Shown here: positions 62,071-64,000 of the stretch, piece by piece
Position numbering within the stretch: the stretch's first letter is position 1
How the letters are laid out: every line of letters begins with the position of its first letter
DNA from: an uncultured delta proteobacterium
GTDB lineage: Bacteria > Myxococcota_A > Polyangia > Fen-1088
Length of the DNA: 64,000 nucleotides
Reading direction: 5' to 3'
Assembly (NCBI GenBank): GCA_963796685.1
Contig: CAWCMR010000013.1
Span: forward strand, 192,001 to 256,000
Program-made: the position numbers and the translations under genes
The notes under the pieces: generated by a model
The model's database searches: none
Told to the model about the DNA's origin: nothing
What the model saw: only the letters and a program-made list of their open reading frames with translations

Positions 62071-63393
62071 TCACTTCATGCTGCCGCTGAGCGGGTCGTC
62101 GGAGGTCGTCTTCTTTCGTTTTGCCTCGAGCGTTCGCTGGTACGCGATGTTCGACTCGGACATCCGCGCTCGCCACCTTTGGACGTCCTTGTGATGGGGG
62201 AAGCGGTTGAGGAGTTCTCGGTATGCGGTAGCGGCAGCTCTCCAATCCTGGCTGGCGTAGAAGCGTTCGGCTTTGCGCAGGCTCTCCTCCAGTGATGGAC
62301 CTGGCGTGTTGCTGCTCCTGGCGTTCTTGTCCTTTGCCTCGTTGACCTGCTTGGCCTCCTTGGCCAAGTCGTCATCGGTCCCCTCTGCGGAGCCCGGGGC
62401 TTCCTCGTTCGATTGTCTCCACGCCTTGCGTTTGACCGCCGGAGGCTCGGAGGGAGGGGGCGTGCTCGTCGTGGATTCGGCAGGAGAGGTGCGCGCGCGG
62501 AGTGGGGCAGGTGCGCCGAAGCGCGCACTGGGCGGGGCTGGGGCGGGTGCGAGGCCACCCGAGGAGGCACCCGCAGAATGCTGTGGTGAGACCATGCTGG
62601 GCTTTGCCATATCATGGGTTGGCGGGAGGCTCTCCGTTTCCTTGATGCCGCCGAGCAAGTCGTCGACATCCTTGCTCGCCTTTGCGGCCGTTGGTCGCGG
62701 TGGTGGTGGCTCGGCGAAGCGCATGGGGGCGCCTGCGCCGGACTTGCCTTGGTCCAATCTCAATCCACCCAGGCCTGTGGTCGCCTTGCCCTTGCCGGAC
62801 GACGCCGTTGCGTGGCTCCAGGCGACGCCTCTCTTGGCAGAGGCCTTGTCTGCGCCGACCCGCGAGCCGATTGCTTTGGTCTCGGCGAGGTTGCTTGGGC
62901 GTTCTGTATGAGCCGTGGGCGCCATCATGTGCTGAGCAGCTGGTACTGTTTCGGGCGACGGCCCTTGCGGCAACGCCAGCGAACGCTCTTCAATCGAATG
63001 GGGGCGCTGCCCTGGCAACACTTCAGGGTTCTTGAGCACGCGAACCAGGAAGACGACGGTGGCAATCGAGGCCGCCCCGAAGGCCGGCAGGAACCAGGGC
63101 GTGCGCCACAGGCGAGCGAAAAAAGCAGGCTCATCGCGTGGCGCGGGCGACTTGGTCCTGGTCGCTGCCTTGGCTGCCTCGACAGCCGCGATGTGGATGC
63201 GCGCGGGCGGCCCCTCGTCGAGCGGTCCACCCAGGGCGACCCGGGCGCTGCCGAGGGTATGCTCGAAGCTCGCGACCTCGGCCTTGCACGCGGGGCAGCC
63301 GTCCAGGTGTGAAACGAACGACGCGTGCGCGTTCGGTGGCAGCTCGTCGTAGAGGAAATCGACCAGTTGCTCTTTGACCTGGGCGCAGTTCAT
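62071..63393 (-). CDS. Zinc-finger anti-sigma factor
   Basis: HLDGCPAC, TM helix, low-complexity linker, TPR-like end; coupled to ECF sigma. Confidence 0.85.
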   Translation of the reverse strand: MNCAQVKEQLVDFLYDELPPNAHASFVSHLDGCPACKAEVASFEHTLGSARVALGGPLDEGPPARIHIAAVEAAKAATRTKSPAPRDEPAFFARLWRTPWFLPAFGAASIATVVFLVRVLKNPEVLPGQRPHSIEERSLALPQGPSPETVPAAQHMMAPTAHTERPSNLAETKAIGSRVGADKASAKRGVAWSHATASSGKGKATTGLGGLRLDQGKSGAGAPMRFAEPPPPRPTAAKASKDVDDLLGGIKETESLPPTHDMAKPSMVSPQHSAGASSGGLAPAPAPPSARFGAPAPLRARTSPAESTTSTPPPSEPPAVKRKAWRQSNEEAPGSAEGTDDDLAKEAKQVNEAKDKNARSSNTPGPSLEESLRKAERFYASQDWRAAATAYRELLNRFPHHKDVQRWRARMSESNIAYQRTLEAKRKKTTSDDPLSGSMK

Positions 63394-64000
63394 GGCGCAC
63401 TCCCCACGGCCGTGCTGCCGCTGTCATCGCGAAGCTCCTCCAGGGCGTCGCGCAGGCGTTCGAGGGCATAGCGCATGCGGCTTTTTACCGTGGGCTCGCT
63501 GGTCTTGGTGGCGGTCGCGATCTCTGCGAAAGACATGTCCATCACCTCGCGCATGAGGAACACCTCGCGCTGCTCGACTGGCAGGGTTGCGACCGCTTGG
63601 TCGACCAGGGATGCGATTTCGCGGTCCATGGCTGCCTTCTCCGCGTTGCCGTCGGGCGCCGCCACTTTGTCGATGCGATGGGGGCCGGACTCGTCGCGGG
63701 TGGCACCGGGCGTTCGATCCAGTGAATCGGCCCGGCGAAAGGCGCCGCGCCGGGCGTTGTCGGTGCAGAGGTTGCGCGCGATGGTGTAGAGCCAGGTCGT
63801 GACCTTGGCCGAGGGCTGCCATTCGGCCGCGCTCCTGACGACGCGCAAGAAGATCTCCTGCAGGAGATCCTCTGCCGTCGCCGAATCCGCCACGAATCGT
63901 CGCACGAAGCTCCACAAACGTCGCTCATGGCGTGCGACCAGCTCAGCGAATGCTGCGACGTCGCCTTGTTGATAGCGGGCCATGAGAGCCTCGTCCGTCA
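63390..64000 (-). CDS. ECF sigma factor (5' end at or beyond window edge)
   Basis: AEDLLQEIF, WLYTIARN, QREVFLMRE, TVKSRMRYA. Confidence 0.93.
   Translation of the reverse strand, partial: TDEALMARYQQGDVAAFAELVARHERRLWSFVRRFVADSATAEDLLQEIFLRVVRSAAEWQPSAKVTTWLYTIARNLCTDNARRGAFRRADSLDRTPGATRDESGPHRIDKVAAPDGNAEKAAMDREIASLVDQAVATLPVEQREVFLMREVMDMSFAEIATATKTSEPTVKSRMRYALERLRDALEELRDDSGSTAVGSAP

Overview
GC-rich bacterial chromosome segment; gene content (PP2C-cNMP fusion, Cys-rich sigma-r4 HTH protein, kinase-like/AgmX-type protein, PilZ, zf-HC2 anti-sigma) suggests Myxococcota (inference). About 75% is housekeeping: valS end, purN/purM, rib operon with nusB and nrdR, csp, an rpoH-like sigma, hisC, pit, tilS-ftsH-folP-glmM-pdxJ-nnr, purB/purC, dut, argC/argB, rpsO-pnp and an ECF pair. 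The accessory zone lies between two convergent tRNAs. (i) A ~3.3 kb integrase-less toxin-antitoxin islet at tRNA-Glu (2619-5938) has two intact TA pairs and three orphan antitoxins. (ii) An ~11.9 kb element at tRNA-Leu(TAA) (6089-17996, 12-bp att core, matching arm repeats) looks like a phage satellite: P4-type integrase, AlpA, replication initiator plus DnaB, zinc-finger proteins, a terminase-small-subunit-like gene behind a lambda cos-like sequence, and three adjacent genes made of free-standing lambda Nu3-like capsid-scaffold motifs. I see no capsid, portal, large terminase or tail genes in it. This scaffold-mimic module is the best candidate for an undescribed system. Other signals: a covarying REP-like repeat family, a ~380 bp nested palindrome, a pseudo-histidine kinase, a pseudokinase and an orphan peptidase-ABC export cluster. 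Five +1 frameshifts in conserved genes are probably sequencing errors. All family calls come from motif recognition, not database searches.
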